The position numbers were made by a program, and so were the translations under genes. From the NCBI RefSeq assembly GCF_009914755.1, contig NC_060929.1: 64,000 nt of DNA; one strand, given 5' to 3'. The notes beneath the pieces were generated by a model, which was given only the letters and a program-made list of their open reading frames with translations, was not told the DNA's origin and ran no database searches. The stretch comes from the human T2T-CHM13v2.0 reference genome, Homo sapiens. Each line of letters opens with the position of its first letter. The stretch's first letter is position 1. Shown piece after piece: positions 32,776-46,635 of this stretch.

Positions 32776-33466
32776 TGAGAGTATATTTTCCTTTGGATGC
32801 TGGTCTCAAATGATTTTTTTGACTTATCGAGAGAGACAAAATAGTTTAAATGGGCCATCATTTTATGAATCAGTCATTAGAGAGGTTTGATAATCTTCTT
32901 TAATGTTAAAGTAGTTCAGGCTAATCTTAATACATGTATTTTTATTGCTGACCAGTCTTGAATATATACTGGTTTGATGATTGATTTGCCCCTCTAAAAA
33001 AATTTGAAACATATGACATTGGCTGTTTTAGATAATACTTTGTGTCATTAATCATTTTTGTCCAATTTTACAAAATATATGTCAATCTTGAACATATATT
33101 ACTTTATAATATATGTTACTTTATAATATATGTTCAGGTGAACTCTTAACATATTTTTTTCAGTGAACTCTGTTCTCTTGTGGGTTACAGTTTACTTTCA
33201 TTAAAAATGGAATAGGATTTCTTATATATATAAAATATAAAAAATATGTGGCACCACCATTCCCTATTTATATTTTAGTTGTGATTTAAAAATGAGATTT
33301 GACTAAAGCATTTAGCATACATGATCATCCATAATATGTGCCCTACTCCTTAATTCTTACTGGTTACCTTAGAAATTTTAAGTTTGACTGACTTCTTTAG
33401 AAAAATGTACGTAAATCACAGATGCCCCAATGTGGTATTGAAAGCAAATTAAAAATTTTAAATTAG

Positions 33467-33770
33467 GGCCAGGCACAGTGGCTCATGCCTGTAATCCCAA
33501 GTGCTTTGGGAGGCAGAGGTGGGAGGATTGCTTGAGGCCAGGAGTTTGAGACCAGCCTGAGCAATATAGTGAGACTCCTCCATCTACAAAAATAAAAAAT
33601 GAAAAAAATTAGTTGGGCATGGTGGCACATATCGTTAGTCCTAGCTACTCAGGAGGCTAAGGTGGGAGGATTGTTTGAGCCCAGGAGTTTGAGGTTGCAG
33701 TAAGCTATGATTATGCCACTGCATTTCAGCCTGACCAGCAGAGTGACTGTGTCTTAACAAAACAAAAAAA
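33467..33770 (+). mobile_element. AluJ-like
   Basis: gggaggattgcttgaggccaggagttt. Confidence 0.92.
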
Positions 33771-34414
33771 TTAAACATTGCTATTTTGCCAGTCTGATCA
33801 AATCATATTAAAATTTAGTTTAGACTTTGCCAAACATTTTATTTTTGACAGAGTAGTCCCATTTACTGAAGTGGTTTATAATTAATGGCACTGCATTCAG
33901 CCATTCCTAGGTCTTTCTTGAAGGACATTAGCTACCCAGAGCTAATGTGTATCTCTATACTGGCAAATTTAAGCTACTCCTCCCTAGAAGAAATGAGATG
34001 ATTAAAATAGTTGCTTTTCTTGGCAGTATCACATTACTGTGAGGGAAAAGGGCAAACAAGAGTCTGCAAGGTGTATTGAGTAGTTACAGCTCTGCCACAA
34101 AAAACTAGTTTTTGTGACTTTGGTGAAGTTATTGTACCTCACTGGCCTTAATCTCACCTGTAACACAAACAGTTGGATTAAATGACCTTTACGTTTTGTT
34201 TAACTTCTTAAATGCTTTAATATCTTTTCTGCCATAAGCAGAGAAAGGAAATAGGTCCTCTGTATGTAGAAAAGGTTAAAAAGATTAACACATTTCCTAG
34301 AATAAATTCCAGTAGTCAATAATTGACTACAGATACTTGAAAGATGACTCATCAAAGCATGAGGGGGAATTGAGAAAGGATTTTAATTATAATTTAAGAG
34401 TTAATGAAAAAGGA

Positions 34415-35058
<644 letters not shown>

Positions 35059-37222
35059 AGTTGTTCTTGCGCTTTCAAAATTAATGATTCTTAGTGTGAT
35101 TGAAGACCTGCTATTTAAAATTTAAATTTTTGGTACATCTATATGGAAAGTTTATGGGTATAAATTTGTGGGGTCTCTACCAGCAAGCTGTTATGGAAAC
35201 TATGGGCAAAGTAAAATTTTGTAGATTAGCTGTATTCAAGGCATTACCTATTAATCATGTATTCTGATAATGAGCTTTTGTTTTGTTTTTACTTTGCCTT
35301 TGAGAGAGAAATTTAAAAGACTGAACCTGTAGTCCAGAATTCTGAAGTTAAAATAGTTGTTATAGTCAGATTTTTCCAGAATTTACATTGCTTGAAGTAA
35401 GATAAACATTTTAAAAACTACTAAACTCATTGAGACTAATATCAGGATATTGTTAATAAATAACTTCTGCAGTACACTAATTGCTTCTCTGATGACTAGT
35501 GTTTATAAATCTTTTAAAGTTGTAACATAAAGAATTTACTTAATGATAACCCTGCCTCCAAAAATTTCCAAATTACTGAGTTCTAAAAGCTTTTTTGTCC
35601 ATTGAAAGATCCTCAACCAGTGGCTAGTATTTGTTTTTGTCTCCTAGCATTCTAGTTATGGTACCAGAATGAGATAAAGGTTTTTTATTCTAATTCTCTA
35701 TAATCTTCTCTTCATCCTTTGTTTTATTATATTTTTAGTATACTAGAGTATTGAATGGGAAAGGTATTCAAGTTTTTAAGTAAGCTAATTTATTGTAAGA
35801 TTTTCCAATTTGACTTCTGTATTATAACCAAAATTACTAGAAAGCTATTAAAAAGTCTTATACAAATAGAGAGACATTTAGAATTAAAGTGAGTGGGGTT
35901 TGAGTTTACTTGGCAGGTCTTCTAGAATGTTGAGTATTTGAATGCCTCTTAGGGGAAAGGAATATATATATCCTTACTTTCTAAGAGTGATTCTGGTAAG
36001 TAATGATTGAGTTTTTTTTTTTTTTACTAATATTCTCAGTCATGTACTGAGAACATGCACACATACCATGGAATTTTATTTTATGCCAGTTTTCAACATG
36101 GGGATGAAATGTGATACATAAAGGAAATTTAAATAAAGCATCCTACTTTGTACTGCGTGGTAAAAATTTATACCCTTTTAATTATAGTTGGAGACCGTGT
36201 AAGTTGGTCATAATGGTTCATTACATTTACATTAATAGATTTCAGAAGTCATTTTTTAAAGTTTTTGCTAAATCATACATTAAAAGTGAATTAATATGCT
36301 TTGTTATTGAGTTTATGTAGTTGTTATACATAGTGTATTCCTAATTCTTAAATCCTTCCTAATTCTTAAATTTGAAAATGTATTACTTGTATTTTACCAT
36401 ACTCATGACATTATATTTTACAGTTATTTCTTATATTGTGAATGTTAGGCACTTTACCTTTTTATATTGTTCTTTTCATATTAAAACAATGTAAAATTAC
36501 TGTTAATTAATGAGATTGGATTTGTTTAAAACGATTGGTGAAGGATGACACAAATATGGTGATAACATGAGGATATAATTTCTTTGTATGAAATTTTATT
36601 AATAGCAGATTGTGCCCTTAGTTTTCTGACTTTTGCTGAGCATTCTTTAAAAATGTACTAATGAGGTTAAAGATTTTTCTTTCATTTTTATTTGATTTTT
36701 TTTGTTGTTATTTGCAGTATATCAGTTTTCCTGAACGATTTCAATTTTGGTATTGTTAGTGGAAATTAAATAATAAAGGGACAATTATGAAAGAACTATT
36801 TTTATCTCCTAGTGTCATTGAACTGTATTTTTAAAATTGTAGTTTTTGATTGCTACATCCATCTTAATAATGTCTATTCAGTATCTGTAGAGCAATCCTT
36901 GTCTTGCTTATTGTGTGTGTATGTCTGATGTTGGACAAATTATGTATGTCCCTTTATTGATAGCCTATTATTCTAAAACCATGTGAGGAACATTGATTTA
37001 CATAGGGATATATGTAGTTTATTAATAAAACCTTAGTTTGTCAACTTAAATATATTTTAAATACAAACTTAGGGATAAGAATTAATTTCATGAAATATTT
37101 GAAAATTGTTGAATTTTAGCATAAACCCTTATGGTCTTATACCTGGGATGTAGCTGACAAATTATTGCATTGTAAAATGAGTCACGTGAATCACGGAAGC
37201 TTTAAACTTTTTCTTTTTATAG

Positions 37223-37266
37223 CCCTACCTGAACCCATCCTTCCATCCCTCCAAAAAATTTACCCA
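37223..37266 (+). CDS. TENT2: TENT2 exon J (44 nt): LPEPILPSLQKIYP
   Basis: ttctttttatag| acceptor, CCA|GTAAGT donor; phases 1-0 bridge exons I and K. Confidence 0.93.
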
Positions 37267-38619
37267 GTAAGTGTTTCTTATAAATTATTATAATACATTT
37301 TATGTCAAGTGTATGTAGAACTATTATAAGTAGTATTAATGTGATTATAAAAGTAGTAAGGCTAAGTACATGATAACATTTTCTATATATACCAAGAGAA
37401 CATTTAAAATGTTTCATATACTGTTTCAGAAAACTCTCTTACTTGTTATTTTGTTATTGGCAGACAGTCTGGTCAGTTGTGTTAATGGTGGAATTTGTTT
37501 TGCATGATGCTCAAGATTATCACTAATGGAGATTAAATATACTCAGTTGCCCATTTGGCCTTATTCCAGTTTTCTTCCTACTATTTTAAAATATAGCTTC
37601 ACAGCATTTCTTTAGTTAGTAACTCAGAAATTTTTTGGCCCAGTATATTTATACTTTGAAAAGCAGGGGGAAAGAAGTTGGACAATTGGATAATCTTTCT
37701 ATCTTTAATTTGATCTTGCTAAGTAATACACCACAACAGGTAATATTAGTACATGGTTCTTGTCTGCATAATACTATGAATCCTGCTGACATTAATTGGA
37801 AACATTCAAGAAATGAAGTGTGGCCACTAGAAAAAATTTAATATGTACTTAGTTTGAGTTTAGAGACACATAGGTTATGTATGTATTCATAATCTATAAG
37901 AATCCTTGTGTTTCTTTTTCAGTTTTCATGTATTCTTTCTCCAGAATTCTCTGTTTCTTTGTTTTATATCATTAGTGTTTTCCTCCATAGTCATTCTTTT
38001 TCCTGCATTTATTTGGAAATAATATTTAAGCTACTTGTTTAGAATGTTTGACTACTCTTCTGAAACCACGTAATTTTTACATATTGGTTTCATATACTTA
38101 TAAGAAGAGCTGTCTTCTAAACTTACTAAATGGTCATATTTCAAAGAGAAATATCACCAGCTTAGATGATTAATTTTCAAAAAACTTATTTATTGTGTCA
38201 CACAAAATATAACAAATTTACTTGACATGGAACATCAGTTAAATATAGTTTAATATCTGATAATTGAGAAGAACCAATGTTCTTGGTTTTGAACATAAGT
38301 TATTATTGTAATGCACACATGCAAGGTGCTGGATAATAAACGTTCATTTTAATACAGCCCTGCTGTGGTGGAGATCTCACATTCTGTGGAAGGTCATCTG
38401 CTAGGAGAGACTGTATAACAAGAGCCTTTTAGAATCTTGCTATCTCATCTTCCTTTTTTTAAACTAGTTTCTGCTATTATGAAGAATTATTATAATGAGT
38501 TTCCAGTATAGCTAAGGATCAGTCTTTATGGTCTCTTAAACATTATGAAAAATGAAAGAAAGAACAGAAATAGAGGTAACTTGAACTTTTTGGCCTTATT
38601 CTTTTGAATCTTTTTATTT

Positions 38620-38755
38620 ATTCTTTTTTTTTTTTTTCTTAGAGACGGTCTTGCTGTGATGCCCAGTTTGGTCTCAAATGCCTGGCCTCAAGCGAGCCTT
38701 CTACCTTGGCCTCCCAAAGTTCTGGGATTACAGGCATGAGCCACTACACCCAGCC
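38620..38755 (-). mobile_element. FLAM-C-like Alu monomer
   Basis: polyT...gcctggcctcaagcg...ccttggcctcccaaag. Confidence 0.85.
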
Positions 38756-39517
38756 TGTTGGCCTTAATTTTGAATGTTTTTCTCTCTCCATAAAGTATTG
38801 ACTCTCTTGTTTGTACTGAAAGGTCATATTTCATTTTATTGACCCAACCTCATCTTGCTTTAAGACACAGGTGTCAGTGTAGAAAGAGTTGCATATGTTC
38901 TTTAGCAAAGGAGCTAATAAACTTATCCCAAAATAATATTGTGTATTGAAAAATGCTTCTGCAGCAGTCTCACTTAAAACCCTATGCTACATGAAGCTCT
39001 TTTTACTAATATAGGAGACTGGCGAAATATCAGTGTACTGTGGTTGGGGTCAGAGGGAATGCTTTCATAATACTCAGATTCTTACTGACGGCCCCATTTT
39101 CACTTCTGTGTTCTGTTTTTCTTATTAGCTTTCTCCCATGACAGAGTCCTGACTTCTGTTCATATCCACTACCTCTGGCCCTATGCTTTCCATCTGTTTT
39201 GCTTGTAAGCTTATTTCTATACCTGTAATGGGGAAATAGATTTAGCCCCAAGGCCTTAAAAAATACTAATAGCAAGACCTGCGAGATTAGGAATCTCCTA
39301 ATTTGCATTTACATATGGTTACATTGCCATCATAAATATTTAATTAATTTACCTTTACTATAAGATTTTTGTTTACATGGATAGGGACTTACTACCTGTT
39401 CTCACACAAGATTTTTTGTTTTATATGAAACCTGTAGGCTGGTCAGCAGAACACATTTTTAATGGTCCGTCTGATGGAACAAACAAGTCAGCTTGTTTGC
39501 TATTATTAATAATAACC

Positions 39518-39818
39518 ATCCGGGCGTGGTGGCTCACGCCTGTAATCCCAGCACTTTGGGAGGCTAAGGTGGGTGGATCACGAGGTCAGGAGTTAAAGAC
39601 CAGCCTGGCCAAGATAGTGAAACCCCGTCTCTACTAAAAATACAAAAATTAGCTGGGCATGGTGGCAGGTGCCTGTAATCCCAGCTACTCAGGAGGGTGA
39701 GGAGGAGAATTGCTTGAACCTGGGAGGCGGAGGTTGCAGTGAGCCCAGATTGCGCCACTGTACTCCAGCCTCGGCGACAGAGCGAGACTCTGTCTCAAAA
39801 AAAAAAAAAAAAAAAAAA

Positions 39819-39819
<1 letters not shown>
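39518..39819 (+). mobile_element. Alu (AluSg-like) inserted in a MIR
   Basis: Full dimer; flanks ataataaccatc/ataatagccatc. Confidence 0.93.

Positions 39820-39821
<2 letters not shown>

Positions 39822-39863
<42 letters not shown>
39822..39863. repeat. (TA)21 microsatellite at the Alu tail
   Basis: Perfect TA run. Confidence 0.95.
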
Positions 39864-39866
<3 letters not shown>

Positions 39867-40878
39867 GCCATCGTTTATTTAGTATCCATTATATATGTCA
39901 GCATACTGTACATTTTATACACAATTTAAAAAATCCTGAACAAATAAACTTGCAAGGTATTATTCCTCTTTCACTAATGAAGAAACTGTTTTAGAAATGT
40001 TACATGATTGATACAAGTGGTACTAACAATTTTTCCATTATACTCTTTCTTGGGGGAAGGCAAAATTACAGTAGTATTCACTAACATTTTATCTAATTTC
40101 TGTTGCTTATTACATTTTATTTGTATACATCTGATTGTTCATATACAGATATACCTTTAAGGGCAGCAGTTACGGCAGAATTTCAGCTTGTATAAATAAG
40201 TTTAAGATAAGTTAACAACAACGAAAAAACAACTTTGTTACTTTACAAAGGAAACCGCGGAGTTCTTTTAAATTTCTAGCTTCTCTAATACAAAATAGGG
40301 TTTATTTTTAAAATAAGAGAAAACAGTTTTGGAATGGAATAAATTTGTTCAGTATACTATGCTTTTTAGTCATTTTCATATTTTCAAAATTTATAACATT
40401 TTAAATATTTTTAAAATTGGTATATTTCAGTTCAGTTGTGATATGAAAGGGATAAAAGGCTATAAACATCATTGTCTCTAAAAACTGTATTATAGTATAG
40501 AATTACTGCTTATTACTAAATTCTTATTGACTTAACGTAGCTGATGGAGGGGTACGTTATTCAGTTGAATAAATGAAGCTGAGAAAGTTAAATATATAAA
40601 CAGATTGAGCTTATGAAGGAATCTTTATTTTAATGCAAGCATATTACTATGAGGGTTAACTTAAATTTATGCTAGGTAGATTTATCAATACAACTTGTGT
40701 TTTTTAGCTATTTGTTTCCTTCGCTAAAAGTATCTTTGTACTCTAGGAAACATTTATGTTAATACAGTTGCAAGAAAATAACCCTCTTCTTTTTAATAGT
40801 TATGAAATAAAGAATTCTATAGCTCTTCTGTGTAGTTAAATGTTAAAAAACACCTTAAATTATACATATATACATATA

Positions 40879-41737
40879 CAGTAATGTGCTGCATAATGAT
40901 GTTTTGGTTAATGACAGACCACATACATGATAGTGGTCTCATAAGATGGTGATAGAGCTGAAATATTCCTGTCACTTGGTTTTTGCTGTACTATACTTTT
41001 TATCATTATTTGTGAGTGTACTCTTTATGCTTATTTAAAAAACAAGCTAACTATAAAATGGCCTGATAGGTCCTTCAAGAGGTATTCCAGAAGAAGACAT
41101 TGTTATATGAAATGACAGCTCCATGCATGATATTGTCCCCAAAGATCTTCCAGTGGGACATGATGTGGAGGTGGAAGACAGTGATAGTGATGATCCCGAT
41201 ACTGTGTGGGCCTAAGCTGATGTGTATGTTTGTGCCTTTGTTTTTAACAAAAAAGTTTAAAAGGAAAAAAAAAATTTAAAATAGAGAAAATCTTATAGAA
41301 TAAGGATATAAAGAAAGAAAATATTGGTATCGTTGTGCAATGTGTTTGTATTTTAAGCTGTGTTGTTACAAAACAGCCTAAAAGTTAAAAAGTTTTTAAA
41401 ATAAAGTAAGCTAAGGTTAATTTATTATTGAAGAAAGAAAAATTTTAAAATAAACTTAAGGTAGCCTAAGTGTACAGTATTTATAAAGTCTACAGTAGCG
41501 TATAGTAATGTTCTAGGCCTTCACATTCACTCACTACTCACTCATTGACTCACCCAGCAACTACCACTTCTGCAAGCCCCACTCATGGTAAGGGTATACT
41601 GTTTTTTATCTTTTATACCATGTTTTTAGTGTACCTTTTCTATTTTTAGATATGTTTAGATCCACACATACTTATCATTGTGTTACAGTTGCCTACAGTA
41701 TTCAGTATAATAACATGCTGTACAGGTGTGTAGCCTG
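40879..41737. mobile_element. Tigger3/Golem-type element, truncated at the Tigger1 junction
   Basis: cagtaatgtgctgcataatgatgttttggttaatgacagacc...; ttctaggccttcacattcactcac; ends tacaggtgtgtagcct. Confidence 0.82.
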
Positions 41738-41739
41738 TG

Positions 41740-44175
41740 CAGGCATACGTTTGAGGTGTTGCAGGTTTGGTTCCAGGCCACCACAATAAAGTGAGTCACA
41801 TGAATTTTTTGGTTTCCCAGTGCATATAAAAGTTACACTTACACTATCATGTAGTCTCTTAAGTGTGCAATAGCATTATGTCTAAAAAATGTACATACCT
41901 TTGTTTAAAAATGCTTTATTGCTACAAAATGCTAACAATCAGCTGAGCCTTCAGCACCAGTTGTGGAGAGTCTTGCTTTGATACTGACGGCTCCTGACTG
42001 ATCAGAGTGGTGGTTGCTGAAGGTTGGGGTGGCTGTGGCAGTTTCTGAAAATAAGACAACGGTAAAGTTTGCCACATTGATTGATTCTTCTTCAAAAAGA
42101 TTTCTCTATAGTGTATGATGATCTTTGCTAGCATTTTACGTACAGTAGAACGTCCTTTAAAATTGAAGTCAGTCCGCTCAAACTCTGCCACTGCTTTACC
42201 AGCTAAGTTTATGTAATGTTCTAAATCCTTTGTTTATACACTTAGAAATATTATCCCTCTTTCACTAATGAAAAAACTAAGTCTTAGAAAAGTTACATGG
42301 TTGTTCCAAGCAGTACTGGTATTTTGTTGTCATTTCAACAAGATTCACAGCATCTTCACCAGGAGTAGATTCTGTCTCAAGAAACTACTTTTCTTTGCTC
42401 ATCCATAAGAAGCAGAACTTCATCTGTTAAAGTTTTATCATGAAATTGCAGCAGTTCAGTCACATCTTCAGGTTCCACTGCTAATTCTAATTATCTTGCT
42501 GTTTCCACCACATCTGCAGTTACTTCCTCCACTGAAGTCTTGAACCTCTCAAAGTCATCCAAAAGTGTTGGCATTAACTTCTTTTAAACTTCTGTTCATG
42601 TTGATATTTTGACCTCCCATGAATCATGAATGTTCTTAACGGTATCTAGAATGATGACTCCTTTCCAGAAAGCTTTCAATGTACTTTGTCCAGATTCATT
42701 AGTGGAATCACTATCTGTGGCAGTTATAGCCTTGTGAAATGTATGTCTTAAATAATAATACTTGAAAATGAAAATTACTCCTTGATCCGTGGGCTGTAGA
42801 ATGGATGTTGTGTTAGCAGGCATGAAAACATTAATCTCTTTGTACATCTCCATCAGAGCTCTTTGATGAGTAGGTGCATTGTCAATGAGCAGTAGTAGTA
42901 GGTCTCAACAGTGGGCTTAAAATATTCAGTGTACCGTGCTGTAAAGAGATGTGTTGTCATCAAGGCTTTGTTTTTCCATTTATAGAGCACTGGCGGAGTA
43001 AATTTAGCATAATTCTTAAGGGCCCTGGGATTTTGGAATGGTATATAAGCATTGGCTTCAACTTGAAGTCACCAGCTGCATTAGCCCCTAACAAGAGTCA
43101 GCTTGTCCTTTGAAACCTTGAAGCCAGGTATTGATGTCTCTTCTGTAGCTGTGAAGGTTCTAGATAGCATCTTCGAATAGAAGCCTGTTTCATTTACACT
43201 GAAAAATCTGCTATTTAGTGTAGCTGCATTCATCTGTTGTTCAGTGTAGCCATGTTAATTTAGCGAGATAACTTCTGGATAACTTGCTATAGCTTCTTCA
43301 CTTGCTGTTCACTTTGTAATTTTATGTTACGTAAATAGCTTCTTTCCTTAAACCTCATAACCAGCCTCTGCTACCTTCCAACTTTTCTTCTGCAGCTTCC
43401 TCACCTCTGTCATCCTTCATAGAATTGAAGAGAGAGTCTTGCTCTGGTTAGGTTTTGGCTTAAAGAAGTATTTTGGCTTGTTTGATCTATCCAGACCAGT
43501 GAAACTTTCCATATCAGCAATAAGGCTGTTTTGCTTTTTTATCATTGATGCGTTCACTGGAGTAGTACTTTTAATATCCTTCAAGAACTTTTCCTTTGCA
43601 TTCGCAGCCTGGCTGTCTTTGGTGCAAGAGACCTAACTTTTGGCTTGTATTGGTTTTCAACATGACTTCTTCACTAAGCTTAGTCATTTCTTGCTTTTCA
43701 TTTAAAGTGAGAGATGTGTGACTTTTCCTTTCACTTGGTCGGCCATTGTAGAGTTGTTAATTGGCCTAATTTCAGTATTGTTGCATCTCAGAGAATAAAT
43801 AGGGAGACCCAAGGAAGGGGAGAGAGATGGGGGAATTGCCTGCCAGTCAGTGGAGCAATTGGAATACACATAACATTTTTGATTAAGTTTGCAGTATTAT
43901 GTGGATACCATTTGTGGCACTCCAAAACAATTACAGTAGTAACATCAAATATTACTGATCACAGATCACCATAAGATACAATAATAATGAAAAAGTTTGA
44001 AATATGAGAATTACCAGAGTGGAACACAGAGACCTGAAGTGCGCACACGCTGCTGGAAAAATGGCACTGCTGATAGACTTGCTAGATGCACCGTTGCCAT
44101 AAACCTTCAATTTGTAAAAACTGCAGTATCTTCGAAGTACAGTAAAGTGAAGTGCAACAAAACGAGGTGTGCCTG
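41740..44175 (-). mobile_element. Near-full-length Tigger1 (about 2.4 kb) with decayed pogo-family transposase
   Basis: Ends caggcatac... and ...gtgtgcctg|TA; ORF 42596..42853 contains [16 protein letters not shown] (DDE_1 motif); ORF broken elsewhere. Confidence 0.92.
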
Positions 44176-44183
44176 TATATATA

Positions 44184-44474
44184 CAGTGGGCGCTCTGTAT
44201 GTGGGTTATGCATCCATAGATTCAACCGACTACACATCAAAAATATTCAGGAAAAATAAAAATACAACAATAAAAGTAATACAAATAAAAAATATAACAA
44301 CTATTTAGATGGAGTTTATGTTGTATTAGGTATTGTAAGTAATCTAGAGATGATTTAAAGTATATGAGAAGGTGTACATAGGTTATATGCAAATACTTCA
44401 CCATTTCATATAAGGGACTTTAGCATCCCCTGGAGCCCTGGAACCAGTTGCCTAGGAATACCAAGGGACAACTG
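44184..44474. mobile_element. MER2-like Tigger MITE
   Basis: TA|cagtggg...gattcaacc...aagtaatctagagatgatttaaagtata...agggacaactg|TA. Confidence 0.85.
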
Positions 44475-44584
44475 TACACACATATATATAGCAACTTTTT
44501 CATTTTAAAAATTGACCTAATGTAAGGAAGGGATCCATCAATTACCTGAAACAGGCTATAAATGAATACTTTTGAAAAGATTTA

Positions 44585-44883
<299 letters not shown>

Positions 44884-46241
44884 TTAACAAATTTTGGTGG
44901 AGATATTTTTTTTAATGGTTATAAAACATTGTTTTAAAGTTGGCACTACCTGAATTTTGAAAACGTAGAAAAATTAATTTGGAAATAATACATGAAAATT
45001 TTCAGGAGGTAACCACACTGTATTGTATAAATGTGCAATAATAATGATATGTGGCATATACTAAACAGTTAATAAATCCTTACAACCATCTGAGTATTTT
45101 TCCTTTCCTTGTATTATAAATGATGAAGCTGAGGAACGCTAAGTAACTTGATTAAATGCCTGCAGCTAATAGAAGGGTGATGCTTCACACTTCAGTCTGA
45201 CTTCAAAGCTAATGCTCTTAGTCACTTCATTATAGTACCTCTACTTTATGTTATATACTTACCTTGATCTCACAACTTGTAAAATCTACTAAAGTCAGAT
45301 ATAATTAAAGGAAATTTTATGGTGAATCTTTAACATACATCACCAGATTAATGATGACCTACCTGCGTGCAATTCAGATATCTTTGCAGAAACTTCAAGG
45401 TATCACTTAGTTCTTTTTCTTTTCAGGCAGAAGTATTCCCTATCAGTTTTTCTTTTCCTTGTAACCTTCTTTAACATACATTTCTAGGATCTCATAATTC
45501 ATATCATTAGGAAATTATGCTTAATCTCTTTTAATAACGTAAATTTCTGTTTACCTGGAGATGGAAAGTGATCATCTTTGACTTAAGCCTTTCATCATTT
45601 AAAGAACGGTTTTCAAATAGAAGGTTAGCCATTCTAACTTATTCCAGAAAGCGCTTAATTGTCCACATTTCAGACTTTGAAGGTAACGTAAGATATCATG
45701 GGACAGTCTCAGAAAAAAATGATGGAATCTGGCAAAAGGTATTTTTGCCATTATTATAGACAGTTCTATGAGCAGAAGTGGTGAGAGTTCTCAGATGTTT
45801 TCCAAGGGATTTTCTATTTAATTTTTTTTAACTTGAAGAGAAATGAAAGATTACGTGTCTTCTAAAGGATCAACATTTAAAAATCATTTGGAAAATGTTT
45901 TCAGGAGTTAACAGGTTATACATTTGATTATCAGAAGCCCAGAATAAGATACCAACCTAAAAAATATAATCTTCCCTCTATATAGGCACACAAGCAACAG
46001 TAAAAATTTGTAACCCAAAAATTTATTTATTAAAGAGGTGGATGTTATCAGTTTAATTGCTATTCTGTGGACTGACTTTGTAATTTTAAGGCTGCTTTTT
46101 TTCTCTTTGACTTTTTGGTTGTTCTTTATGTACTTTCTAAAATATTAGTTTAAGTTCTGAACCCCCTTGTCCTATCTGAAGTAGCATGTATTTTTCTTAA
46201 ATACATAACTAAAGTGGGGAAGCACCCTTTTAAAGAAATTC

Positions 46242-46602
<361 letters not shown>

Positions 46603-46635
46603 TAATGTGAATGATCATTAAAAACTGGGGATGTC

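Noticed and set aside
36541-36556. aaggatgacac resembling U6 snRNA
   Set aside because: Only 11 nt match; the flanks do not extend into U6
41922-44308. Tigger1 ORFs as a domesticated TIGD-like gene
   Set aside because: The transposase frame is broken into short pieces and interrupted by an insertion
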